Source: Octopus sinensis (lineage: Eukaryota). From it: a stretch of DNA of 64,000 bases. Under the pieces are notes generated by a model, which saw only the letters and a list, made by a program, of their open reading frames with translations, was not told where the DNA came from and searched no databases. This document shows positions 1-10,304 of this stretch, piece after piece. A program made the position numbers and the translations under genes. The stretch lies in the NCBI RefSeq assembly GCF_006345805.1, contig NC_043011.1, positions 67,778,464 through 67,842,463 of the forward strand, written 5' to 3'. Every line of letters starts with the position of its first letter. Within the stretch, counting starts at the first letter, position 1.

Positions 1-23
1 CACACATATATATATTAATATAT

Positions 24-57
<34 letters not shown>

Positions 58-99
58 ATATATATATATATACATATACGTATACATATATATACATAT

Positions 100-205
100 A
101 TGCGACGGGCTTCTTTCAGTTTCCGTCTATCAAATCCACTCACAATGCTTTGGTCGGCCCGAAACTATAGCAGAAGACACTTGCCCAAGGTGCCACGCAG
201 TGGAA
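100..205 (-). mobile_element. SINE family B fragment
   Basis: Matches reverse complement of the 10076-10499 copy (GAAGACACTTGCCCAAGGTGCCACGCAGTGG). Confidence 0.8.
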
Positions 206-383
206 CTTGGTTTCAAATTTTAACACAAGGCCAGCAATTTCGGGGACAGAGTAAGTCGATTACATCGACCCCAGTGCTCAACTGGCGCTTATTTTATCGA
301 CTCCGAAATGCTGAAAGGCAAAGTCGACCTTGACAGAAGATGAACTCAGAACGACTTTCATTTGTAATATTACTAGGTCAGTA

Positions 384-781
384 AGGCGGCGAGCTGGCAG
401 AAACATTAGCACGCCGGATGAAATGCGTAGCTGTATTTCGTCTGCCGCTACGTTCTGAGTTCAAATTCCGCCGAGGTCGACTTTGCCTTTCATCCTTTCG
501 GAGTCGATTAAATAAGTACCAGTTACGCACTGGGATCGATGTAATCGACTTAATCTCTTTGTCTGTTCTTGTTTGTCTCCTCTGTGTTTAGCCCTTTGTG
601 GGTAGTAAAGAAATAGGTATTTCACCGGTCACTACGCTCTGAGTTCAAATTCCGCCGAGGTCGACTTTGCTTTTCATCCTCTTAGTGGTCGATAAATTAA
701 TTACTAGTTGCGTAGTGCGGTCGATATAATCTACAGGCCCCTTCCCCTCAAAGTTCGGGCTCTGTGCCTAGAGTAGAAAAA
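384..781 (+). mobile_element. SINE family A composite: head+core+Tx1-like tail fused to headless core+standard tail
   Basis: tRNA-like head (AAGGCGGCGAGCTGGCAGAA...GAGTTCAAATTCC), core GTCGACTTTGCCTTTCATCCTTTCGG, tail ...TTTAGCCCTTTGTGGGTAGTAAAGAAATA (to 613), then restart at GGTATTTC (614). Confidence 0.85.
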
Positions 782-798
782 AATATAGCAAGCGAACT

Positions 799-1015
799 AA
801 GGCGACCAACTGACAGAAACGTTAGAAGGCCGGGCGAAATGGTTATCGATATTTCGTCTGTCTTTACGTTCTGAGTTCAAATTCCTTCGAGGTCGACTTT
901 ACCTTTCATCCTTTTGGGGTCGATAAATTAAGTACCAGTTGCGTAGTACGGTCGATCTAATCGACAGGCCCCCTCCCCCAAAATTTCGAGCTTTGTGCCT
1001 AGATTAGATAAGAAT
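799..1015 (+). mobile_element. SINE family A, standard tail
   Basis: Same head and core, tail GGCCCCCTCCCCCAAAATTTCG...GTGCCTAGA. Confidence 0.85.
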
Positions 1016-1189
1016 ATTACTTGCCACCGCTAAATGAAGAAACAACTTTGTTAAGTTAGTTTAATGCTATATTGTAAAACAATATAGTGTAGCTAAATAT
1101 TTTATAAATATCATCTCCCGTTTTCTTTTCTTTACCCAATCGCGGATTCTTTTCCTACTAAATGGTTATCTAGGTAACCTTACCGAAAA

Positions 1190-1460
1190 AAGAAAATTAC
1201 ATCAGGTTATGCGAAGGTGATTTCAAGACGTGTTACGCAAACCGCCTATCTTCTTTCCAGCACATCGACAAAAGTAAAGCCACTGAGTATTATGAAGACC
1301 AACTACACACTACATACAATCAAGTGGAGAATCGTGGAGAAACCCAAGTCATACGTTAATGGATCTAAGAAATGCAACTTATGAACAGCTGAAAAATCGC
1401 ATATTTTTTAGAACTAAACTTATTTCCAGTAAATGTAAACATATGGGGAAAATTCTTTTG
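1190..1460 (+). pseudogene. Penelope-like element GIY-YIG endonuclease C-terminal relic
   Basis: Manual translation with one frameshift and one stop: ENYIRLCEGDFKTCYANRLSSFQHIDKSKATE...TIKWRIVEKPKSYVNGSKKCNL*TAEK...CKH. Fits the PLE pattern YIG..EG.FK.RY.NH..SF...IKW.I...A.PY.NGSK.C.LC..EK...C.H. Confidence 0.7.
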
Positions 1461-1714
1461 GTGGACTGGAGGGCATCACCTTCTCCGGATTGAGCAGCTG
1501 ACTCGTATTCTTGGGATACCTTTCCGTTGAACTATTCTATGACTAGCTTGATTATGGCTTTACGGTCAAAGGGTACATAACTCTAAATTTCTTTGCTTGT
1601 CACCTGTTTTTATTAACTTTTCCAAATTTTGTATTTACTTTCTCATTTTGGTCTTCTCGTGATTTCTCTTGTTCCAATGTCCTAATTTGCAAATAAAAAA
1701 AGACCATGTGCTCA

Positions 1715-1763
1715 GAGCCCAAAGATTGCTTGGAGGCACAAGGCAAAAAACTGTTAGTAGCTC
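1715..1763 (+). ncRNA. degenerate type I hammerhead ribozyme relic
   Basis: Stem I GAGC/GCTC; core CCAAAGA (from CTGAAGA); stem II TTGC/GCAA; AAAAC (from GAAAC); stem III ACT/AGT; GTA triplet. About 250 bp downstream of the GIY-YIG relic. Confidence 0.55.
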
Positions 1764-1822
1764 GTATCATTATACTGTGTATATTAAACATATATATATA
1801 TATATACACATATAAACACGCA

Positions 1823-1858
<36 letters not shown>

Positions 1859-1957
1859 CATATATACATGCTGTCTTCATTTTACTGTATTTGTCTTTGC
1901 GTATACAGAAGTGCTATGTACGTTGTATTTAATTTGGGTCGACTCTTTGTTGTCCGA

Positions 1958-2027
1958 TTCTTCTTCTTCTTCTTCTTCTTCTTCTTCTACTTCTTCTCCC
2001 CCTCCTCCTCCTCCTTCTTCTTCCTCT

Positions 2028-2059
<32 letters not shown>

Positions 2060-2578
2060 TCCCCCCTCCTCCTCCTCCTCCTTCTTCTTCTTCTCCCTCT
2101 CCTCCTCCTTCTCAACTTTATTATTATTATTCTTTTCCCCTCCTCCTCCTCAACCTTCTTTTTCTTCTTCTCCTCCTCCTCCTTTTTCTTTTTCTGCTTC
2201 TTCTTCTCCACCTATTTCTTCTACTTCTCCCTCTCCTCCTCCTCCTCTTCTTTCTACTTCTTTTTCTTCTCCTTCTCCTCCTCCTCCATCTTCTTCATCA
2301 TTGTCGTCATCGTCTTCATTTTCTTTCTGACATTCCCCTTCCTCTTCTTGTTCCACTTTTTCTTTACCTCATCCTCACCTTCCCATCTTCTCCTCATCCT
2401 CCTACTTCTTTTTCTTCATTTCCTTCCTTCCTTACTCCTTCCTTCTTCCTTCCCTTCTTTTTCTTCCTTCCTTCTTCCACCTCTTTCTCTTTCGTACTCC
2501 TCCTCCTCTTCCTTATAGCCAATCTCTCTCCCCCTCTCTCACTATCCTTCCCCCCTCTCTCTCTCTCTCTCTCTCCTA
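1958..2578. repeat. long polypyrimidine low-complexity tract (TTC/CCT/CT)n
   Basis: About 620 bp that is almost purine-free on the + strand. Confidence 0.95.
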
Positions 2579-2626
2579 CACAGTTATTTAGTTTAAATTG
2601 CGCATATGTAATTTGGTACACCTTAC

Positions 2627-2728
2627 CACTCGAACCGACGTCAGACGCCCCACATTATACAGAGAGACACTCAACACATAACGACAAGCATGGCGATAGG
2701 TTACTACACGAACGGCAAGCTCATCGAT
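2627..2728 (-). CDS. candidate internal exon of unidentified host gene
   Basis: CAGTAG acceptor (poor pyrimidine tract), 102-nt open frame IDELAVRVVTYRHACRYVLSVSLYNVGRLTSVRV, strong donor GTG|GTAAGG. Confidence 0.35.
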
Positions 2729-2997
2729 CTACTGTTTGTGCCGTGTGCGTGCCTTGTGCGTGCGTATGTGCGTGGGCGTACGTATGTATGAACATGTGTG
2801 TGTGTGCGCGTGCATGTATATGTGTGTGTGCGTCTGTGTGTGTGTGTGTGCGTGCGTGTTTGTGTGTGTTTATATGTACGTATGTCAGTGCGTATACACA
2901 GGTATTCATTCCAAAAACGTTGTGAAACGTTCTCAGCGAACCGAAACGCGACCCAGTTTTTTTTGCGTCTTGTTTCTTCCATACGAAAACGTCCCAA

Positions 2998-3155
2998 TTA
3001 CGTAAGAGTAACAAAAAAAATATCTGCTAATTTGTTGTAAGTGAAACCATGCAAATACCACTTTCCCCTTGCCAACATGGTTTTTACTGTGCTGGAATCT
3101 CTATCAATATAGGTAACTACGCAGACATTCTCTAAGAATAGCTGGTACTCCGTAG
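2998..3155 (-). CDS. candidate exon of unidentified host gene (donor position uncertain)
   Basis: Acceptor CCTTTCTCTCACTAG, then 2 nt + 51 open codons TEYQLFLENVCVVTYIDRDSSTVKTMLARGKWYLHGFTYNKLADIFFVTLT*. Confidence 0.3.
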
Positions 3156-3344
3156 CTAGTGAGAGAAAGGATGCGGATACTTGTTTAATGTACAGGGAAC
3201 TACACGGGAAGAAACCACTTTGATATGAATATTGATGATGTTGTTCTTGTTGTTAAAGTTGTTGTCGTTGATGTTATTGCCGTTGTTGTTATTGTTTTTG
3301 TTGTCTTCGTGTTGCTGTTATTCTTTGTTACTCTTTTACTCTTT

Positions 3345-3755
3345 GTTTTGTTTCAGTCATGTGACTGTGGCCATGCTGGAGGACCGCCTTTAGTCGAGCA
3401 AATCGACCCCAGAACTTATTCTTTGTAAGCCTAGTACTTATTCTATCGGTCTCTTTTGCCGAACCGCTAAGTTACGGGGACGTAAACACACCTGCATCGG
3501 TTGTCAAGCGATGTTGAGGGGGGGGGGGACACAGACACACAAACATATACACACACACACACACACATATATATATATCATATACATATATACGACGGAC
3601 ATCTTTCAGTTACCGTCTACCAAATCCACTCACAAGGCTCTGATCGGTCCGAAGTTATAGTAGAAAACACTTGTCCAAGGTGCCACGCAGTGGGACTGAA
3701 CCCGGAACCATGTGGTTGGTAAGCAAGCTACTCACCACACAGTCACTCCTGCGTC
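3345..3755 (-). mobile_element. SINE family B with internal microsatellite
   Basis: Full head-to-tail match to the 10076-10499 copy. Confidence 0.9.
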
Positions 3756-3764
3756 TTGTTATTG

Positions 3765-5690
3765 ATTCTGAATTCAAATTCTGCCGAAGTCGACTTTACT
3801 CTTCATCCTTTCGGGGTCGATGAATTAAGTACCAGTTGAATACTGGTGTCGACTTATGCTCATCCCCGAAATTGCTGCCCTTAGCAGTATTTCGTCCGTC
3901 TTTACGTTCTGAGTTCAAATTCCACTGAAGTCAACTTTGTCTTTCGGGGACGATAAATTAAGTACCAGTCAGTCAAGTACTGGGGTCGATGTGATCGACA
4001 ATACCCCTCCCCACAAATTCTAGGATTTCTGCCTATAGTAGAAATAATAATTCTGTTTGTCACTCCGTAACGTTTCCACGTGATTGGAAGCTTTTTTTTC
4101 TTCTGTTAGAGCGTCTGTAACACTTTCACGTGATTAGTTGAAGGGAAATGTGAAGAGCTAAAGAAAAGGAAAAGAGAAAAAGAAGGTTAAGAGTAACAGA
4201 GAAAGAGGGAAATTATTGTGTATTAAGTCTATAAAATTGTGCATAAAGTATATAAAGTGTTTATATAAAGTGCACTAAGTAATCATCTTATTCCAGTTTC
4301 CTTCACTTTTCAATGATTAGCAGACGAGCGACTGTCTTTTGATACAGACACAACACAGGCTACACTTTCAGGATTTTTAGATAAAGTTTTTAGAAATATC
4401 GCAATAAGATTCCGGTGAAATATTCACGAGTCCCGCTAGTTATTATTATTGTTATAACGGCGAGCTAGCAGGATCATTAGCACGCCGGACTTCATGCTTT
4501 GTGTTCTTTATATTCTGAGTTCAAATTCCACCGAGGTCGACTTTGCTTTTCATCCTTTAGGACCGATAAATAAAATCACAATCAAACTATGGGATCGATG
4601 CAATCAACTAACCCACTTCCCGAATATTCCAGGCCTTGTGCTTTGAGTAGAAAGGAATGCTATTAAGGCGGCGAGCTGGCAGAATCGTTATCACGCTGGA
4701 CGAAATGCTTAGCGGTATTTCACCAGTCGCTACGTTCTGAGTTCAAATTCCGCCGAGGTCGACTTTGCCTTTCATCCTTTCGGGGTCGATTAAATAAGTA
4801 CCAGTTACGCACTGGGGTCGATGTAATCGACTTAATCCATTTGTCTGTCCTTGTTTGTCCTCTCTGTGTTTAGCCCCTTGTGGGTAGTAAAGAAATAGAA
4901 ATAGGTATTTCGCCCGCCGTTACGTTCTGAGTTCAAATTCTGTCGAGGTCAACTTTGTCTTTCATCCTTTTGGGATCGATAAATTAATTTGCAGTTGCGT
5001 ACTGGAGCCGATATAATCGACTGGCCCCTCCCCCAAAATGTTGGGCCTTGTGCCTAGAGTAGAAAGGGTTAGATTAGGCAGCTAGCGGAATCGTTAGCAA
5101 GCCGGATGAAATGCTTAGCGATAATTCGTCCGTCTTCACATTCTAAGTTCAAATTCCTTCGAGGTCGACTTTACCTTTGATCACTGGGGTCGATGTAATC
5201 GAATTACCCACCCACCCCACGAAACTGTTGTCCTTGTGCTAAAAACTGAAATTACTATGTACGAGGGCTGTGTGAAAAGTTTGAGCCATCAAAGACTTTG
5301 CGCCTTCAAGTTTTGTACCTTCATCAGAAGTCTTGTATCATGTTTTGTTTTTTATAAGGCTTCAAATTCCGCCAAGATCGACTTTGCTTTTCATCTTTTC
5401 GGGGTCGGTAACGTATGTACAGTTAGGCACTGGTGTCGATGAAATCGTCTTTCTGTGCCCTCAAAATTGGTGGTTTTATGCCAATATTTGGAAGAGCTGA
5501 TGTTAATGTAGATGTCTTATTAGCTACTCTCTGTGAGTCGTGGAATGGTAACACTTGCTAAATTCCGCCGAGGTCGACTTTGCTTTCATCCTTTCGTGGG
5601 TCGATAAATTAAGTACCTGTTGCATACTGGGGTCGATCTAATCGACTGGCCCCAAAAATTTCGGACCTTGTACCCAGAGTAGAAAAGGAA
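3765..5690 (+). mobile_element. cluster of about 9 same-strand SINE family A copies, including composite at 4665-5068
   Basis: Repeated GAGTTCAAATTCC.CCGAGGTCGACTTT.CCTTTCATCC...AAGTACCAGTT...GGGGTCGAT cores. Confidence 0.85.
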
Positions 5691-6199
5691 TGGCAACATT
5701 TATTGCGTTTGGTGTTCTCATAGTCTATCTTAGACTTCAACTAAATGCGCTTGTTGATTTAGATAAACGCTGAAAATAAATACGCCCAGAAATAAAACGA
5801 AGCTTATCACGGAAGATATTGCACAACATTGCACAACAGACAGTCTCTCTCTTTCTCTCTCTCTTTCTCTCTCTCCCTCCCTCTCCCACTATCTGTCTTT
5901 CTCACACACTCTCTTTCTCTCTCTCATCTTCTCTCTCTCTCGCTCTCGCTTTCACAATTAAACGGTAAGCTTGCTCAGATGAACACACACACACATAAAA
6001 CATAATATATATATATTTTTTTCTTTCTGCCACCCAACGGTTATCACGGCAGTAGCCACTGACAGCCGAACGATCAAACGCACACACGTACACAAAAAGT
6101 GTTTTCTACCCCTACGCCAACACACACATATATAGAACAGTATACACACACACACGTCTCTAAGTAGATTTTTTCTCGCCCCTTATAAAACATCCAATA

Positions 6200-6690
6200 T
6201 TCCTTAAATAGTCAGAACTTTATTCTCGGTCACAAAGAACATCTATACACCCTCACCCACATGATTGACCGATGCCTGACCTGTAGAATTCTTCAGCCAC
6301 CGGTTCTCAGCATACACTGATAAACAGTTTCGCCATGGGCTCTTAGGAGCACAGTTCGATTTGGTTTTTGCTCCGCCTCTGTTCTTTTTTGTTTCTCTAA
6401 CGGATTTCCTTTTTTCTTCCTGAAGAGAAAGACACAATATGGTCCCATTATTCAATCGGATTTTGGTAATTTGTGCCTTTCGAAACACGTGTAGAATGAA
6501 ATAAAACGATTTCTGTTCAATCTGCGTTCAGCTCCATTTCTTCAATTCACCAATAATGTTTTAATTTCAATTATCCGCACCAACGCACGGTTGCAACGCC
6601 AGATGGTTGTACCTCAACCGTGCTGTTTACTGCTGTGATTTTTGCTACTAAGGTATCGGTTAACTTTTGTTTAATCTACAACAAGATTAT
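6200..6690 (+). mobile_element. Penelope-like pLTR-type repeat carrying the hammerhead; second copy at 52780-53058
   Basis: 6465-6670 near-identical to the reverse complement of 52780-52966; flanked by microsatellites. Confidence 0.65.
6417..6496 (+). ncRNA. type I hammerhead ribozyme with intact catalytic core
   Basis: Stem I TTC(6417-19)/GAA(6494-96); CTGAAGA 6420-26; stem II GAAAGACACAA/TTGTGCCTTTC (10 of 11 pairs); GAAA 6482-85; palindromic stem III ACACGTGT; GTA cleavage triplet ending at 6493. Confidence 0.8.
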
Positions 6691-6707
6691 TCATCTTTCT
6701 ATTTCAC

Positions 6708-6755
<48 letters not shown>

Positions 6756-6769
6756 TATATATATATATT

Positions 6770-6802
<33 letters not shown>

Positions 6803-6828
6803 GTACATATACATATTATATATATATA

Positions 6829-7160
6829 AGGGTAAAGACCCCCTTCGGTCATGAATGACCATGGGATTGCACCTAGAAAGTTACCCTCCTAGACACAAGT
6901 CTGGGTAAGGTTGTTCTATGGAAGACCAACAGTCACCCATGCATACCGGCCTCCCCTCTCCACGCCACCAGTGTTATCCAAGGGAAAGACAAAGGTCGAT
7001 ACAGCTTGGCACCTGTGACGTCGCAACTCATTTCTACAGCTGAGTGAACTGGAGCAACGTGAAATAAAGTGTCTTGCTCAAGAACACAACACGCAGCCCG
7101 GTCCGGGATTCGAGCTCACAACCTCACGATCGTAAGCTCGACGCTCTAACCACTGAGCCA
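6829..7160 (-). mobile_element. tRNA-headed SINE family C
   Basis: Minus strand TGGCTCAGTGGTTAGAGCG (A box)...GAGCTCGAATCCCGG (B box), then TTCTTGAGCAAGACACTT...CACTCAGCTGTA. Confidence 0.85.
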
Positions 7161-7289
7161 TATATACACATATATGTGTGTGTATATGTGTATATACTAC
7201 GTACGTGCGTATGTATGTATGTATCTATGTATGTATGTACGTACGTATGGATAGTTAAAAGAGAATTCTATACCATATCGTGTAAAACG

Positions 7290-7327
<38 letters not shown>

Positions 7328-7388
<61 letters not shown>

Positions 7389-7393
7389 GTAGG

Positions 7394-7459
<66 letters not shown>

Positions 7460-7550
7460 TAGATAGATAGATAGATAGATAGATAGATTGATAGATAGAT
7501 AGATAGTTAGATATAGATAGATATAGATAGATAGATAGATATAGATAGAT

Positions 7551-7629
<79 letters not shown>

Positions 7630-7676
7630 TAGATAGATATAGATAGATAGATAGATAGATATAGATAGATAGATAG
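7328..7676. repeat. (GATA)n microsatellite at the 3' end of a Tx1-like LINE
   Basis: Direct reading. Confidence 0.95.
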
Positions 7677-7679
7677 GTA

Positions 7680-7849
7680 TGTTTCTTTATTAGCCACACA
7701 GGGCTGCACACAGATAGAACAAATTACAAGGTAGAGCTTTTCTTTGAAGGTATTAAAAAAAAAAAAAAAAAAAGGAAGGGGGAGGTTCGATCAAAAGGGA
7801 TCAAAAGGATCGTAAAAGGAGAGAAAGAGGACAAAAATAAGGGGGGTTA

Positions 7850-7881
<32 letters not shown>

Positions 7882-9127
7882 AGAGGAAAAAAAAATGATC
7901 AATAGGGATCGTTATCACAGAAATGTCAATATGAAGTGTAAAGGGGAGGACAGGTGAGGTTTACCCGTGGAAAGAAAAGCCTGCGGAAAAGACCACGGTA
8001 ACCTCGGTCAATGAAGTCACATTTTATATTTCTTTTTTTTTTTTTTTTTTTTTTTGCAAATAAGCAACTCTCTGTTTTCGATTTCTGGGTTCATAGACTA
8101 TGCTCAAGGTGGCTTCGTCATTCATACGTGCCATTCTACATTCACCACCCATCTTTTTTTAAAACATTCGCTAGACAAAACTTGCCTCTCTACTCTCACT
8201 TTCCTTTTCAAGTGGTACTTGAAGAAGTTGATGAGAGATTGACCAGAGAGGAAAGTGTTTGTCTCCAATCCTTTCAGACGCGTCCACCAGATACATTCTT
8301 TCGCCATAGCCACAAGGATGATGAAAATAGCTCTTCCTTCCCGTTTGAAGGAAGGAGGCGTGACAATATTGACGATAGACTCAGCTGATAAACCGACACG
8401 TCCCACACGTGACAGCAGTTGTTCGACATAAGCCCACAGGTCGGAAATGTTGTGGACACTGAACGAGTGCGTGCAGAACGGTTTCGTCGCTCTGACCGCA
8501 TCTCGGGCAGGTCGGCCCCGTGTTTCTCGAGCGTGTCTGTAGAGCTTATCCCGAACGGGTAGCGCTTCTCGGTAGCACTGCCAGGCCAGGGATCTCTGGA
8601 AGTTGTCCATGGCCCTGCCCGAAAGTCGTCCCGAACAGGCGGGTCAGGTACTCCTCGTCGACGTCCAGGTTCGCCCCGAGCTCGTCGTCGTACCTCCCCT
8701 CCACTAAACCCCTATAGAATGCTTTGGTTGTGTTGAAGTCACTTAAGGTCGACCCAGACGGCAGAGTTGCTTGAGAGCAACGCGACACTCGCGGTGCCAT
8801 TCGCCCTTCCTCGGCCTCTTTGATCCACGACTGCAGTTCGGTCATGGAGACGAGCTGCGGGAAAGCGTGCCTCACAAACGGCGACCACACCTGTTCACCG
8901 TCGTCTACATAGAGCCAGAGATGTCGCAGTCTCAGCGCGTGTCTGCGCATCATCAACCACGGCATGCCCAGCCCTCCTTTAAACGGGTGTTGACAGCAAA
9001 TGGATCGCCTGACCATCGGGACGCATCCTTTCCACAAGAAGCGAAAGAGGATGCGTTGTAGTTTGGTGATGGTAGGGTCGGGACAAGGTACGACGGTCAG
9101 GCGGCGTAGTAGATGACGGACGCGATG
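7680..9127 (-). mobile_element. 5'-truncated Tx1/L1-clade LINE (ORF2 C-terminus + 3' UTR)
   Basis: [25 protein letters not shown]...CCQHPFKGGLGM and NFFKYHLKRKVRVER segments, homologous to 35392-36564; T-rich 3' UTR ending TAATAAAGAAAC. Confidence 0.9.
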
Positions 9128-9137
9128 ATAGATAGAG

Positions 9138-9189
<52 letters not shown>

Positions 9190-9214
9190 TAGACAGATAG
9201 ATATATAGATAGAT

Positions 9215-9273
<59 letters not shown>
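9127..9273. repeat. (GATA)n microsatellite at the 5' junction of the Tx1-like LINE
   Basis: Direct reading. Confidence 0.95.
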
Positions 9274-9305
9274 CAAGTACATACATGCATAAACATCTAC
9301 ATACA

Positions 9306-9341
<36 letters not shown>

Positions 9342-10075
9342 AATAAAATAGAACATATGCATATATATAAACATATATGTACGTACCTACCTCTACATGT
9401 ACATATACACGCATATATGTGTACAGGACAGCAAAAAGACGTCGAACACATAGAGAGACGAAAAACATAGACACAAACCAAGGAACAAGACAAGCAAAAA
9501 AAAAGAGATACAGGACAATAAGCACAACGAAAAATCCCCTTCTTCAGTCCGCTAAGGTTTCATTACTAAACGTTTCGAAGGATAAAAGCGAGGACGTATA
9601 CTTCGAAGAAAACTTCCTCCTGCGAAAAGCAAATCAATTAAAATTCTGAGATCTTTTCGCAGAGGGTAAAATAAAGCAAGACGGTAACGACAGTACAAAC
9701 ATATAAACAGTAAAAAATATATATATAAAGAGTGGAAAAAAAATATATAACAGTGAGAGACAGGACAAGGAGAACAAGATAAGAAGGGCTGTTAACGGCC
9801 GGACGAAAAAAGTATTGCAACGCTGGATTATAGTGGACGACGAGAGAGAAAAAATGTCGACCAGTAGCCTTAGAAGGCGGGCGAGAAAAGACAGGATAGC
9901 AGTTACGACGGAAGTATCGTCGCAGATGGACGAGGGAATGGGGGAGGAGGAGCAAGAGGAAGAGAGAGAAGAAGGGGAATGGTGCGAGGAGACCATGAAG
10001 AATGGTGAAAGGGAGAGAGAGAAAGAAGAGAGAGAGAGAGGAAGAAGACAAGTATATATATATATATATATATAT

Positions 10076-10253
10076 AGGCGCAGGAGTGGCTGTGTGGTAA
10101 GTAGCTTGCTAACCAACCACATGGTTGCGGGTTCAGTCCCACTGCGTGGCATCTTGGGCAAGTGCCTTCTGCTCTAGCCCCGCTTTGTGAGTGGATTTGG
10201 TAGACGGAAACTGAAAGAAGCCTGTCGTATATATGTATATATATATATATATA

Positions 10254-10304
<51 letters not shown>

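Noticed and set aside
1706-2518. 270-aa and overlapping ORFs
   Set aside because: Translation of microsatellite and polypyrimidine sequence; no domain content.
3765-5690. Regularly recurring GGTCGACTTT motif suggesting a CRISPR-like or satellite array
   Set aside because: Explained by clustered SINE A copies; spacing is irregular and the inter-motif sequence is homologous.
6829-7160. tRNA-like sequences in SINE heads as tRNA genes
   Set aside because: No closed acceptor stem; they continue into SINE bodies.
7268-7711. ORFs of (IYLS)n, (IY)n, (CV)n, (HT)n type throughout the window
   Set aside because: Stop-free frames of GATA, TA, TG and CA repeats.
9480-9700. Minus-strand GAAACGTT and CTGAAGA words with a 10-bp hairpin (CTGCGAAAAG/CTTTTCGCAG)
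   Set aside because: Order would need a type II hammerhead, but stems I and II do not pair convincingly; probably a repeat of unknown class.
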